From the NCBI RefSeq assembly GCF_000760515.2, contig NW_013546132.1, positions 1 to 64,000 on the forward strand: a DNA stretch of 64,000 bases. The letters are read 5' to 3'. The stretch's first letter is position 1. The number at the start of each line of letters is the position of its first letter. The translations under genes and the position numbers were made by a program. Below, piece after piece: positions 1 to 11,118 of this stretch. The notes beneath the pieces are model-generated. The model worked only from the letters and a program-made list of their open reading frames with translations, did no database searches and was not told the DNA's origin. Origin of the DNA: Mitosporidium daphniae (lineage: Eukaryota).

Positions 1-273
1 ACAAATTGACCGACTTTACATGAGGGATGAAACGGAATACAAATACCACATCACATACACATACCACAGCAACTACCGACAATTTAATTGCTAAACAAAG
101 TATTTGCTACAAATTCAAGTTGGCTTGTGCGAGCGGGATAATGGATGGAAATTCGGATTTATTTTCCCGAATTTATTTCTGTCATTGGCTTGGTCAAGGG
201 CCACCCTTATATGATCGCATCTGAGATTGAAAGGACCCTGTTACAAATATTTTCCTGTTCTTCATATAGCAGC

Positions 274-1866
274 TCAATTAGACTGATATCTGAATTGAGC
301 ATCTGTTGCTTTATTTTTTCTAACATAAAAAATGACATTCATACTTTTTGCCGAGGCAAGAGCGTTTCTTATATTTTGATGGGATACCTGGATGAAATTA
401 GACGAAAATACTAGCAATCGGGACCTTTTACGAATTGTTTGTGGCGGTGTAATCAGGATCGAGGAGATTGAGTCGTTCAAGGACTTTTCCTCACAGCGTA
501 AGTGGTGGGGTGGATTTTTGGCTTTAGAGATCCGTTTAGTAGCAAGGACAGCAGGCGACTGGCTCTCAAGTTGATAAGATGGTTGCTCTGAATGTTGATA
601 GCATTGCCTGTCACTATATTGAGGTTGACAGGACATTAAATTATCAGGTTCATTAGAGGAGAAAGCAGAGGTCCCCAAATTGTCGGGGTTAACAATTGTA
701 TCTCGCAACTTTGAAGCAGAAAGATTCTCAATTTCAGAGTCAATTTCAAACTTTGACTTGCCATTTATGCCCATCAATCCGATGTCGTTTAGACCAGATG
801 ACATAGGCCCCAAATCGGGATAAGATGCCTTTATTGGGGACGAGCCCATGGCGTTGGATGCTGTGGGCGATGGCAAAAGAGTCGGATTGTGACAAGATTC
901 TTTATGTTGCTTTTTCAAGCTCTTTTTTGGAGAGCTTTTGGCTGAAGATGAGCTGACATCTACACCAACCTCAAGACTCTTCAAAAGCGAATCCAGCTTT
1001 TCAGAGCGGTCCTCATTAATGATGGAAAACGATATTTGGTCTTCATTTCCTAGCGAAATACGGAATTGGAATTTGTTGATTGCCAAGTGATTAAAATGGC
1101 CTTTAATCTTGTCGATGGGAGATACAATGTGATCTGAAAGAGACAGTTCGGATTTGTGGATGAAAATCATCGAAGCAAACATGTCGGCCAGTATTTTATC
1201 CTTAAATATGCCGGAGGGTGATATTGCAAAGTTGGTGAGATACACCGAAGTCACTTTGGTCTGGAATTTCCTATTGAAGAAATAAAGAAACCCCCGGCAT
1301 TCCTTATAAAACGAGGGCGTATTGAGTCTCGATAGGCAGTCATTAAGACACTGTTGCGTAGCATCGACCTTTGAGGTGAATAGCAACAGATCATAAGGCT
1401 TGTTTCTCTCGTGAGTTTTGTACAGCAGCAAAACCACTTCTATTTGGTCAACAATTGATTGGACCATTAATAGGAGCGAAAGGATGATGGAGTGCACATC
1501 TGGGAACTTGTTAATGCTCAATTTGACCGAGCTAGCTTCCTTACAAAAGAGCAGCAGCTTTGAAATAACCAAGGCAATCACATTGTAGTCGTCATTGTTC
1601 ACTTCGGAAATTCTGGCGAGCGTTTGAAGCAATGCAGAAGATAACAATGGACCGATGGCGTCTTTTTCGCTAACTGCAGACAATGAAACCAATCGAATGG
1701 ATTCTTTCAGTTTGGCCGCCGAAGTGGGTGAAATGTTGGCGTTGAAGGCCCTAATGGCATCGAAGAGTTCCTCCATGCGAACAGAGCTGCCGCGGTCTTT
1801 GTCAGAGATCGACAAGCACGGATTGGCGTCGATTCTTGATGAGCTTGAGAGCATGGGGAATCTCAT
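274..1866 (-). CDS. Hypothetical protein (helical N-terminal half, Ser-rich disordered region); 3' end may continue through a small intron to ~207
   Basis: 530-aa ORF with ATG; no motif recognised; possible GT..AG near 305-326. Confidence 0.6.
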   Translation of the reverse strand: MRFPMLSSSSRIDANPCLSISDKDRGSSVRMEELFDAIRAFNANISPTSAAKLKESIRLVSLSAVSEKDAIGPLLSSALLQTLARISEVNNDDYNVIALVISKLLLFCKEASSVKLSINKFPDVHSIILSLLLMVQSIVDQIEVVLLLYKTHERNKPYDLLLFTSKVDATQQCLNDCLSRLNTPSFYKECRGFLYFFNRKFQTKVTSVYLTNFAISPSGIFKDKILADMFASMIFIHKSELSLSDHIVSPIDKIKGHFNHLAINKFQFRISLGNEDQISFSIINEDRSEKLDSLLKSLEVGVDVSSSSAKSSPKKSLKKQHKESCHNPTLLPSPTASNAMGSSPIKASYPDLGPMSSGLNDIGLMGINGKSKFEIDSEIENLSASKLRDTIVNPDNLGTSAFSSNEPDNLMSCQPQYSDRQCYQHSEQPSYQLESQSPAVLATKRISKAKNPPHHLRCEEKSLNDSISSILITPPQTIRKRSRLLVFSSNFIQVSHQNIRNALASAKSMNVIFYVRKNKATDAQFRYQSN

Positions 1867-2170
1867 TGAAACAAAATTGCGAATCCATCAATTTCCAACT
1901 CAACATGCGCATGCATGACTGCACCAGGCGAAGTTTGCATTATTTCGGACTTTTCCGCAAAGATTGACATTTTAGTGTGATGCGGGCCGGGAAACATCGC
2001 AACACGCAAGGCACAAGCGATTGCAAATCACAGCTTACAAGGCACAAATTACAAACAGAACTCTATTTCGGATATGGGGCGAGTGGCGACACTCAAGAGT
2101 TATGGTGATTAATTTTCGAATTTAAGTGCATTATTTTTCAAATGGCGAATCTAAAAGTGCAATCAACTGT

Positions 2171-4270
2171 TCAGAGGACATTTGAAGCCACTTTGGATGC
2201 TCGATAATTTCAATTTTAAACCTGAAAGCATAAAAAGGGGTATGCCGTTACTTTGCAAGGAAAGAATTAAATGCCGCCAAAATGTGATCCCGAATTGAGC
2301 ACGTGATGCTTGCAGAGGCTTTGGGATTCTCGATCACAATGGAGTTCAGCAGTAAAATGGTCTCTTCAAATTGCTCATAAAAGCCCTTCCATAAAACGGT
2401 CAATGCTTACTTTGAGCGCATTTTTAGTTTTAACGGAATCCTTCGAGGCAAACGCCTCATTTAGCTTTTCTACGATGGGATCCGTTATTCTTGTCCCCAA
2501 GTTAGATGCTGAAATATGCCTACGTTGATATTGCGTTCTCGGTAACGGCGGCCAATTTGCTTTGCAGCGATTTTCTGAAAATCGCAAGCACCTGGCATTC
2601 GTTCCTGGTGTCCTTATAAAGAAGCAAGGAGAGATCCTCAAAAAATACATCCGAAAGATATGTGATGCAATTCAAGCGCAACAGCGCCCGCTGGATTGGC
2701 TTCTTTAGCGGACAATACGACGCATTGGTGTACAAGTCAACTAAAGAAAAAGAGATGTCAAAAGTTTCAACTAAAAGTATGCAATAGCATCTTACTGGTC
2801 AATCTTTCGGAATTCCGCAGTTTCTTCAAATGGTCGTTGAAAATGGTACTAAAGTGAATCCAAGAAGGCGGGGTTCTTTTATCATAAAGCTCGATGCAGT
2901 CGATGGTGGATGCATAAATGGCCATACCGAGAAAGTCGTTGAAAACGGTTTTCAGAGCTTCGGGCAGCTTGCAATTTGGCGCCAAAAATGGCGGCGGCGT
3001 ATTGGAAAGATCCGACAAGTGCTTTATATGCTTACTTAAAATGAGCTCTTTGCAATGCTCCTCAAATTCGCGAAGAAGCTTATCCAAAATGGGAATCTAC
3101 ACGTTATAACGTAGGAACGCACAAAGATATCAAATGGGCTTTCTTTGGACACAATTTCCGACAGCTCCGCCAAGATCTTTAAAGACTCGCTTGTTTTAAA
3201 TGCAGAATTGTTGCTTTCCATTTTAACCTTCGAAAAGAAGGTGTTTGACTCGATCGTCAGTGTTTCAAGTATACAGCTGTTGATCTTCACCAGAATGTCG
3301 TTTGATTGCAGGATTTCGGGGAAAATTCTAGATGTATTCGTTGTCTCTGCCTGGAAATCAGAAACCGACGCCAAAATACCTTCACAATGGCAATGATCAA
3401 TTTGAGCACCGAAATGAAAGACTTTGTCGCGTCGGGAAGCAGCTTTTTGTAAAAATCAATTTCCAGCCTTGCAAAAGAGCTTCTAATGGCAAGATAAGAC
3501 GAAAAGTATCCGATGCTTCTTAGAAGGATGTCCTTTGAAATCTTTTCCACCCTTCCTTGTAGCGTGCAAGTTGTAATGATTTTGGCAATCAAAGACAAAA
3601 ATTTGGAATTGTGCTCCGAAATCACGTATTCTTGCATTAGCCATTGCATTCGCATTACCTTCGCAGTCGATATGCACCATCGAGGCTTCTTGGCTAAAAG
3701 AAAGCGATCGATGTTACCTTTTTTGGGAATTTCCGAGCCTTGAATGCAGCTTTGGGTGTTGGTCCGTAGCCTTCGAAAGCTCGGTTGTAAATAGGGTCTC
3801 CAAATCTGCCAACGTCCTGTTGAGCAGTTTTTTCTTGAAATACGGTGCAATGCCAGCTTACCTGGTCGGAATGTTTTTCTTTGATGGCGCTGCAAATGGA
3901 CCACAATTCAAGGCAACAGGAAGCCTCTTTAAGCCTCAACAGACACTGAAGGAATTCATCATACGAAGCTTCATTCCTACATGTTGGGCGATAAAAAAGA
4001 CGGGTACATCAAATTTGGCTTTGAAATAACTTGGATGTCCGCTTCGTTTGGAACCTTCATGGCGTTCGAAATTTGGACCAGCTTTTCTCTCGTATTGCTT
4101 ATGTCTACAATTACGTGTGGATGAAAAATACTTTTTTCGCATAATGAAAGGGTTTGATGTATGCGGGCCAGTTTCTTTATCGGACCTTGGGAAAACAGCG
4201 TAACTTCTTCCTTCTACACATAACGTATGATGAGCAATGTGTACAAGCTCTTGCTCGGTGGGGTTGAGCA
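2171..4270 (-). CDS. Multi-exon alpha-helical hypothetical protein (possibly a tethering-complex-like subunit)
   Basis: Chain of minus-strand ORF fragments joined in frame by several 24-34 nt GT-AG introns, starting MLNPTEQEL|KEEVTLFSQG; family not identified. Confidence 0.5.
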
Positions 4271-4342
4271 TTGGGGGTGATCGTTGATTTGCAGCTAAAA
4301 TTGAAAATTCCGACCTAATAAATTGCGAGTTTGTGGGTTTAT

Positions 4343-5344
4343 TCAAACACCGGCCTCGTTGCCGAGCATCGATGGCATTGTTGACACCGACGACCGCAGC
4401 CATTTGCCAAGGTTAAACATGAAAATGGGCAGCGCTGAAGACTTGAATGCAATTTCTTCCAGCAAATAGGATGGCGGGTTTTTTGGCAGTCCCCTCAAGC
4501 ATTGCTCTCTGCATTGATTATTCGAAGCAAGGGTTATTGGAATGTATTCCATCATTCTCGGGGCAGGCTCCCCATCGTCCTGCATCATTTGTTCTCTTAA
4601 CAAAAATTCAAAAGAGCCCCCATTTTTTGTCGGAATCAGCATCGATATCTTCCAGCAGATATCGTCGCCCGGCGTTGGGGTTATGGTGATGCCAAACATG
4701 CGCCCATATAAATCGAGAATCGAGTCGTTTGGTGTCAAGCCAATTGAAGCTCTTTTGCCAGCCCTATCATGTTGAGACGACTCGTCTGTATTTGAGCTGC
4801 AAGTATGGCATTGAAGCTCCTTCTGTAGCTTTTCAATTAGAGATTCCGAGGCTAGAATGGATTAGCTATGGCATTGCAAACCTTTGAATCTCTTTTCTGC
4901 AGCTTCTTTGTATTCGTTAAACAGAAATTCTGGCGAGCTTTTCCGGAGAGCTAGTAGCGATTTATACTTTTCTAGCAGCTCAAAATAAACTGTGTGCAGG
5001 TCATTTTCGGTGTATATGGTTTGCAGTTGCGTGGTTTCTGTACAATGATTTCCGGTTAAGGGATTAGAAATAGTATCGTTTAATTCGATTTTTTGCTCAA
5101 CCTCCGCATCTTTCAGGCATGGGGGCGATTCGCTACGTTGCTCGCATGTATCAACATTGAAAACAGGCGATTGTGAAATCCTTGATCCATTGTGGGCGAA
5201 TTCTGTGTTTGTATTAAGCCCGGGAGGGTCATTTTCAATGTTTTCTTTGGAAACGTCTTCTTTTACAACGGTAATTTGATTCCCATCTTTCGGCTTTGGC
5301 TTTCTTCTGCCCGATGTTGACCTTTTCAAGAAATGGGAGGGCAT
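4343..5344 (-). CDS. CSM1: Monopolin subunit Csm1/Pcs1-like
   Basis: Coiled coil (LEKYKSLLALRKSSPEFLFNEYKEAAEKRFKA), then RWD-like domain (DLYGRMFGITI...FEFLL...EYIP...PSYLLEEIAF); 30-nt GT-AG intron 4852-4881 removes the in-frame stop. Confidence 0.7.
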
Positions 5345-5481
5345 CTTGAGGATTAATGAACTTTAAATTTTGGCTAAATTTTAATATACCGCTGACATTT
5401 TATTGAAAGTCGTTTATCATGGACATGATGGATTCCTGCATATAAATAGTACCGTCTGCAAGGGATTTATCTTATACTAGA

Positions 5482-7773
5482 ATGTTATACATTTTCAGCC
5501 TTTTTTTGACTTGGTTTTTGTTTGGATCCTTGCTTGTTGAAGCCAGGAGAAATTTTTGCCCAGCAGAGGCGCTGTATTCAAATCCATTCCAAAGCAGTAC
5601 ACTTAGCCCTTTGTCTAGGCAAGCGTCGGGGCCGATTAGTTCGTTTTCATCGTCCCCATTTTTCCCAAGTCATTCGCTATCCGTTGAAGTGAATTTACTT
5701 TCAAAGTTTGAAAAGGCTTTTGAAGATCACTTTTCGTCGGTAAAACCATCGGGAAGATTTACCTTCAACCCATCAGTACGAAGATCATCGGAACAGGGCC
5801 AAAGGGGGGATGATAGTCCCACAGATCTTTCAAATGGACTGTTTTCATCTCCGTTCCCTTTGTCTTCATCCAACTTTCCTGGAAAAGATACCAGTACCTT
5901 TACGCGCCCCTCTCAAAGAGAATTTGAGCACTCCACTTCAAGTCCAATCAACTTTCCTGAAACATGCAGGTCTGATCCCTCAAATTTATATGGTACAGAA
6001 GCTCCTTTATCCAATGAGTTAGGCACAAGTGTTCCTTCGCTTCCCTTTGCCCCTTCAGATTCATATGCGTTTTCGAATACCGAGTATAATGCAAACCTCA
6101 AGGGCTTTGATCATTCATCTTCAAGTCGTAAAAACTCGGATTTTCCATTTACAACCGAGATCTCATCCGGTGATATGACCAGCCAAGGATCGTCATCATC
6201 TTCAAATGGATTCGATACTCCTTCTACCAGCATATTTTCTAGCAACTCGAAATTTGATCCGAGCTCAACTTCAAAGTCATCCTCTTCAGGAAGTAGTCGA
6301 TCTGACTCGAGCGATTCTTTCAGCACAAAGGACTCGTCAAGCTCAATTACCACCAGTAGCTCAAGCTCTGGCCCGTCTTCGACCAGTGGTTTTGATTCAA
6401 AGTCTTGTTCTTCCAGTTTATCCTCCAGCTCGTCGGACCCGTCTTCTAGCTCATCCTCCAGCTCTTCGGGCTCATCCTCGAGCTCGTCGGACCCGTCTTC
6501 TAGCTCGTCGGGTTCATCCTCCAGCTCTTCGGACCCGTCTTCTAGCTCATCTGGTTCATCCTCCAGCTCTTCGAGCTCATCCTCGAGCTCATCTGGTTCA
6601 TCCTCCAGCTCTTCGAGCCCATCCTCGAGCTCATCTGGTTCGTCCTCTAGCTCTTCAGATCCTTCCTCTAGTTCTTCGCTAAATGCCTGCTCAACCAGCA
6701 TAACCAAGATTAGAGGGAATGTAAAATACGAAGAGGATCACGATGTTGATGAATTTAGCGACGAATTTGGCTCGCTTGACAGAGCGGGTTCATTGCCTCA
6801 TAAATGCCAAACAATAATCGCATACGACACTTCTTCCATTGTCCTAAAAACGAAATCAAACTTGGCTACCGTTTGTCCTGTGTATGCGCTTTCCGCATCA
6901 AAGGTTTCCCTTTTTGGCTTTGAATCCTCCTTTGCAAAGCTGTTTGGTTGCGCTGAAGGTTGGGCTTATGGAAGATCAACTTTGATTGCTTTTGATTGGG
7001 CAGAAGCGGACCTCTATGATGATACACGCACTATTGTCCTAGATAATGCACAGGTCCGTCTATATGGCCGTTCAAAGGGCATTTTGCATGACCAGGCATC
7101 TGCAGAGCTTTTTGATGCATCTAGAGCCTTCCTATTTGAAAGATCCGTGGCATCAATTTTCATTGAACCGTTAATGAAAATCAATGTTGCCGCATTTAAT
7201 GACTCCATGATCGATATCCGTGGCTGCCGCGGGCTTGACAATTTTTACACAAAAGGCCAACGCCACTCGTCTCTTTCTTCGTCGCTGTCTTCTCATCAGT
7301 TTAGTCATGGCTTGCTTTCACGAAGGAGGCTCACTCACTACCCTGTCAACGTATATTTATATGACAAGGCTACTCTAAGGCTTCCCATTCGTTGCCAACA
7401 ATATGTTACGGTTGTGAGAAGAGGCCCCAATTCGTTTATCAGCATAGATTCCACCCTTGACTCAACGTTGGAAGACTCTGAAACCCCAACAGGCGCATTG
7501 ATTGGTGAAAAAGGAGATACCCTTGAAGGAAGTCTGGAAATAGCAGAAAAAGCGGACATTGGCAACCTTGGTTTTATTTTTCCGACTTCACAAGACGCAT
7601 CTGTGCAGAACATTCGTAGAGATGATGGCGCCAATGAAATTATAAATCTCAATGCATTTCCTCCGGGTTCTCTCAATAAGACCGCTTCGGCTGCGTATGC
7701 GAATACGCTTTCTTGGATTGGCACTGTGATTTTGCTTCCCATTTTTGTTCTTGGAGCTGCCATCGTTTTATAA
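5482..7773 (+). CDS. Ser-rich, probably GPI-anchored surface protein with an 8-residue beta-solenoid-like repeat domain
   Basis: 763-aa ORF; N-terminal hydrophobic signal peptide, poly-Ser tract, C-terminal small residues plus hydrophobic tail. Confidence 0.75.
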   Translation: MLYIFSLFLTWFLFGSLLVEARRNFCPAEALYSNPFQSSTLSPLSRQASGPISSFSSSPFFPSHSLSVEVNLLSKFEKAFEDHFSSVKPSGRFTFNPSVRRSSEQGQRGDDSPTDLSNGLFSSPFPLSSSNFPGKDTSTFTRPSQREFEHSTSSPINFPETCRSDPSNLYGTEAPLSNELGTSVPSLPFAPSDSYAFSNTEYNANLKGFDHSSSSRKNSDFPFTTEISSGDMTSQGSSSSSNGFDTPSTSIFSSNSKFDPSSTSKSSSSGSSRSDSSDSFSTKDSSSSITTSSSSSGPSSTSGFDSKSCSSSLSSSSSDPSSSSSSSSSGSSSSSSDPSSSSSGSSSSSSDPSSSSSGSSSSSSSSSSSSSGSSSSSSSPSSSSSGSSSSSSDPSSSSSLNACSTSITKIRGNVKYEEDHDVDEFSDEFGSLDRAGSLPHKCQTIIAYDTSSIVLKTKSNLATVCPVYALSASKVSLFGFESSFAKLFGCAEGWAYGRSTLIAFDWAEADLYDDTRTIVLDNAQVRLYGRSKGILHDQASAELFDASRAFLFERSVASIFIEPLMKINVAAFNDSMIDIRGCRGLDNFYTKGQRHSSLSSSLSSHQFSHGLLSRRRLTHYPVNVYLYDKATLRLPIRCQQYVTVVRRGPNSFISIDSTLDSTLEDSETPTGALIGEKGDTLEGSLEIAEKADIGNLGFIFPTSQDASVQNIRRDDGANEIINLNAFPPGSLNKTASAAYANTLSWIGTVILLPIFVLGAAIVL
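6420..6680 (+). repeat. Coding tandem repeat, ~42-nt unit (DPSSSSSGSSSSSS), about 5-6 degenerate copies
   Basis: Recurrent gacccgtcttctagctca / ggttcatcctccagctct units. Confidence 0.85.
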
Positions 7774-8129
7774 TTGCAATAAAATACCAATTTACATCTT
7801 TTTGAACGCCATCCTCTGTGATTGCAGCCATATCGTCGATGGGTTATGTCGATGTTTGTTCATAGGGTTAGCAATTCATAATGGTGTGTAATCGAGCAAC
7901 ATTCAAACAAGCTCGCGGAGCCCTGTGCAATGTCCTTAAAATTTCAAGCCGCCAAGAAAAGTTACCAGCAGGCGCTGATATTTTGGCGAAACTGGACACA
8001 TGCACGAAATTGATCGGTACGCATGTCGTCGTTGCGGGCTCGTGTAATTACGGAATTTAAGCGATCCGACTTTTCAAATTGGCAACCAATTGGAGTTCGA
8101 CTTTTTAATTTATTTTATTTTGCTTTTGC

Positions 8130-9452
8130 ATGCTGCCTCTGATTGCCATTGTTGTGGTGGCATTTGTTCTATCCTTCTTCCTCGCGTGTGGACTTGGTGC
8201 GAACGATGTCTCGAACGCATTTGCAACTTCAGTTGGTGCCAAGGTTCTGCGTCTTCGAACCGCGTTCATTATCGCCTCAATAGCCGAAATGGCCGGTTCC
8301 GTTTGCTTAGGGGGTCTAGTTACGGAAAAGATTATCCGGGCAACACTTACGCCTGGCGTTTTGACGCCAGAAGAGATGATTTATGCGATGTTAGCCTCTC
8401 TTATTTCGGTTACGTTTTGGCTAGCGTTTGCAACCTATCTCAAGCTCCCCGTCTCCGCTACGCATGCAGTCATTGCCGCCATGATTGGGGCTGGAATGAT
8501 AGCAAATTCTTCTGCTGTTTGTTGGTCTTTACTGTCGCACATGGCATTGGCTTGGGTTCTTGCGCCTGTTATTTCGGGGGCGTTCTCGTCCCTCGCCTAT
8601 GTTCTCCTGAAAAGATTTATTCTCAATAGAAAGGATCCATTTACAGTTGGGCTTAAATCAATTCCATACATTTATGCCCTTACCATTGGGGTCAACCTAT
8701 CCATGATTGGATATCAGCTAAATTACAAGCTTGCACTCTCCTTCTCAGTATTTCTTCTTTTAGTAGGAACAATCTTTGTCCTCATTATTTCAACCCTTCT
8801 TATTGCCCGTCTGATTGTGGTGCCTTGGACAAAGTCGATCATTGATTCTAGAAAACAGCTGAATCCCAAAGATTCTCCCATCGCCCCTTCCGGTGATGAC
8901 GTCGAGCAGTTATTTTCGATTCTCCAAATTCTTTCGGCTATATTCACGTCGTTTTCCCATGGTTCAAACGATATCTCAAATAGCGTGGGGCCTCTTTTTG
9001 GCCTCCTTAATGCCTATTTAATGGCAAATGGAAGGCCAATGATGACATCGGACTCCCCTGCACTTTATGGCCTTCTTACCTTTGGGAGTATTGGAATGAT
9101 TGTCGGCCTATTTACATGGGGAGCACGTGTGATCGAAACACTGGGAACCAAACTTACAGCATCAATTAACCCCTCAAAGGGCTTTTCAATTGAGCTGGGC
9201 TCGGCGATCACAGTGCTTGGGGCCTCTATCGCTGGTCTTTCTGTATCCACAACCCATTGTAAAGTTGGTGCAATCGTGGCCCTTGGGCTTAATGAAAGTC
9301 ATCAATCCCCTGTTAACAAACTATCAAATCCACCTAAACCGGTCAATTGGCGGTTAATTGGCGATATTTGCGCAAGTTGGATTTGTACCATTCCATGTGC
9401 TGGCCTTCTTTCTGCAGGCTGTTATTTCTGCTTGTCAACTTTCATCCCATAA
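8130..9452 (+). CDS. PHO89: PiT/PHO4-family sodium/phosphate symporter (Pho89-like)
   Basis: GANDVSNAFATSVG, PVSATH, HGSND, VSTTHCKVG signature motifs. Confidence 0.93.
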   Translation: MLPLIAIVVVAFVLSFFLACGLGANDVSNAFATSVGAKVLRLRTAFIIASIAEMAGSVCLGGLVTEKIIRATLTPGVLTPEEMIYAMLASLISVTFWLAFATYLKLPVSATHAVIAAMIGAGMIANSSAVCWSLLSHMALAWVLAPVISGAFSSLAYVLLKRFILNRKDPFTVGLKSIPYIYALTIGVNLSMIGYQLNYKLALSFSVFLLLVGTIFVLIISTLLIARLIVVPWTKSIIDSRKQLNPKDSPIAPSGDDVEQLFSILQILSAIFTSFSHGSNDISNSVGPLFGLLNAYLMANGRPMMTSDSPALYGLLTFGSIGMIVGLFTWGARVIETLGTKLTASINPSKGFSIELGSAITVLGASIAGLSVSTTHCKVGAIVALGLNESHQSPVNKLSNPPKPVNWRLIGDICASWICTIPCAGLLSAGCYFCLSTFIP

Positions 9453-9736
9453 ACTGTACGAATAAAATTTTGATTTATTTTTTGTCATACATATGATGAA
9501 GCCGACTGGACACTACATTACGGCTCACGCATATGGCGCGTTTCGATGAGGCAAAGTTCTTAACTCAGAAAAAGGAGCAATTAAAAGCGAATTTAATCTA
9601 AAAAGCAGTGTGTTATTGGGAGGAGGGCCACAAGTAAATATATTTTCAAAGACCTGAAATTCTATTTGATGAGTTTGTATGATCATGAAACAATATGAGC
9701 ATATAAAGAATTACGGGTGAAATTTTTGGATATTCT

Positions 9737-10132
9737 ATGCATAAAAAGCATTTCCTTCTCCGTGTTTCAATTCTTGCCTGTATTTTCATTCTGACATCTG
9801 CCTTGCATTTCTCTTTTAGTTATAGCTTTAATAAAGAAAAAGGTGGCGGTGCAAAAATTGAAATTTATGGCTATACTGGCTGCGAATACTTTAACAAAGC
9901 AGTGAAAATGGCAAAGCAACTACCTAAAGACAACATCGTAAAGATAGAAGCTAGTCATTTTTTCTTTTGGAACAATACAGTGGAAAATCTGCAAAGGAAA
10001 ACCAAAAAAGAATTACATAGGTATTCGCCAATCATTTTTATCAACGATAAGTTCATTGGTAACACAAGGAAATTTAAAAAATGGATTCGGTCCCATATAA
10101 AAAATCGATTCACATTCGGCCCTTTTATGTGA
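9737..10132 (+). CDS. Glutaredoxin-like protein with N-terminal signal/TM segment, single-Cys active site
   Basis: IEIYGYTGCEYF ... SPIIFINDKFIG thioredoxin-fold motifs. Confidence 0.7.
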   Translation: MHKKHFLLRVSILACIFILTSALHFSFSYSFNKEKGGGAKIEIYGYTGCEYFNKAVKMAKQLPKDNIVKIEASHFFFWNNTVENLQRKTKKELHRYSPIIFINDKFIGNTRKFKKWIRSHIKNRFTFGPFM

Positions 10133-10549
10133 TGTGTATGCCCAGAATGTATGCATGCATTATATGTAGCCACAAAATAGTCCAATAAATCGAGAAACTC
10201 GAATGTAGCTCAATTTAGGAGATCAATAAGTGTCGATTGAAATCCAAGTGTTTGTGCGACCGTGTCTTTTAGTAAAATTGCTTGCCATTCTTTATTGCTC
10301 TGAACGTATTCCCCGTATTTAAGCACCCTGCAATTGTGTCTTTTACCAACCACAATCGCCACCCCGGAATCCGAAATTTTTGCCGATTTGGGAATCGCAC
10401 TTTGGACAAAATGAATTCAAACTCAACATTTTATCGCACATCGTGTCCAGCTTTGAACTTTTCGAAAAAAGGCGAAAAGCACTCTGGTTTCGCAGATCCA
10501 AATATTAAAGTTATTTGAAACAATCTTTTCAAACACATACCCGCTAGAG

Positions 10550-10987
10550 ATGCACACTCCGACTTCACCAAACATGACTTCAAAATTTCTTGTTGCTTTC
10601 GCCATTTTCTCAATTATTTTGGGGATTATACACCTCTATGGCACCAACCTGATGTCATCTGTTATACATCGGATTTTTAGCCCGCATATAGAGGCTTCTA
10701 ACTCTGGCATGGCGGCTTTTAAGTTTGAGATTGAGATTTATGGGTTTCGCGGATGTGTACACGCGGAAAAAGCAGAAAAAACTGCACAAAGAATGGCCAC
10801 AAAAAATAGCATCATGGTTTGTTTAGTAGAAAAAAAGAACTGGCAAGCAAAAGCCACCATGTTGCGGGCAGAACGGAAAATACAGAAATACACTACATCT
10901 CCGTTTGTATTTGTTAATGGTAAGTTTATTGGCGGAGCTGCTGAGCTGGAAAAAATGGCTAACAACCCCAAATCCGCGCAGACCTGA
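10550..10987 (+). CDS. Glutaredoxin-like protein with N-terminal TM segment, paralog of the upstream gene
   Basis: IEIYGFRGCVHA ... TSPFVFVNGKFIGGAAEL; start could be the ATG at 10574. Confidence 0.75.
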   Translation: MHTPTSPNMTSKFLVAFAIFSIILGIIHLYGTNLMSSVIHRIFSPHIEASNSGMAAFKFEIEIYGFRGCVHAEKAEKTAQRMATKNSIMVCLVEKKNWQAKATMLRAERKIQKYTTSPFVFVNGKFIGGAAELEKMANNPKSAQT

Positions 10988-11118
10988 TTTAAATAAATGA
11001 AGGGTTAAGATATTAGGATGGTGGTGTGCCCAAAAAGCGATTCGGAAAACGGCGCCTCAACAAATATGGCCGTCGTTCAGCCTATCCAGTTACTGGGCAC
11101 TAAATTGCAATCAAAATC

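Noticed and set aside
3351..3409. Apparent tandem intron pair (30+29 nt) in the 2171-4270 gene
   Set aside because: The first unit is in frame, stop-free (VLKLIIAIVK) and ends in a weak AAG; a single 29-nt intron is sufficient
6111..6707. Acidic Glu/Asp-repeat ORF on the minus strand
   Set aside because: Antisense shadow of the Ser-repeat tract
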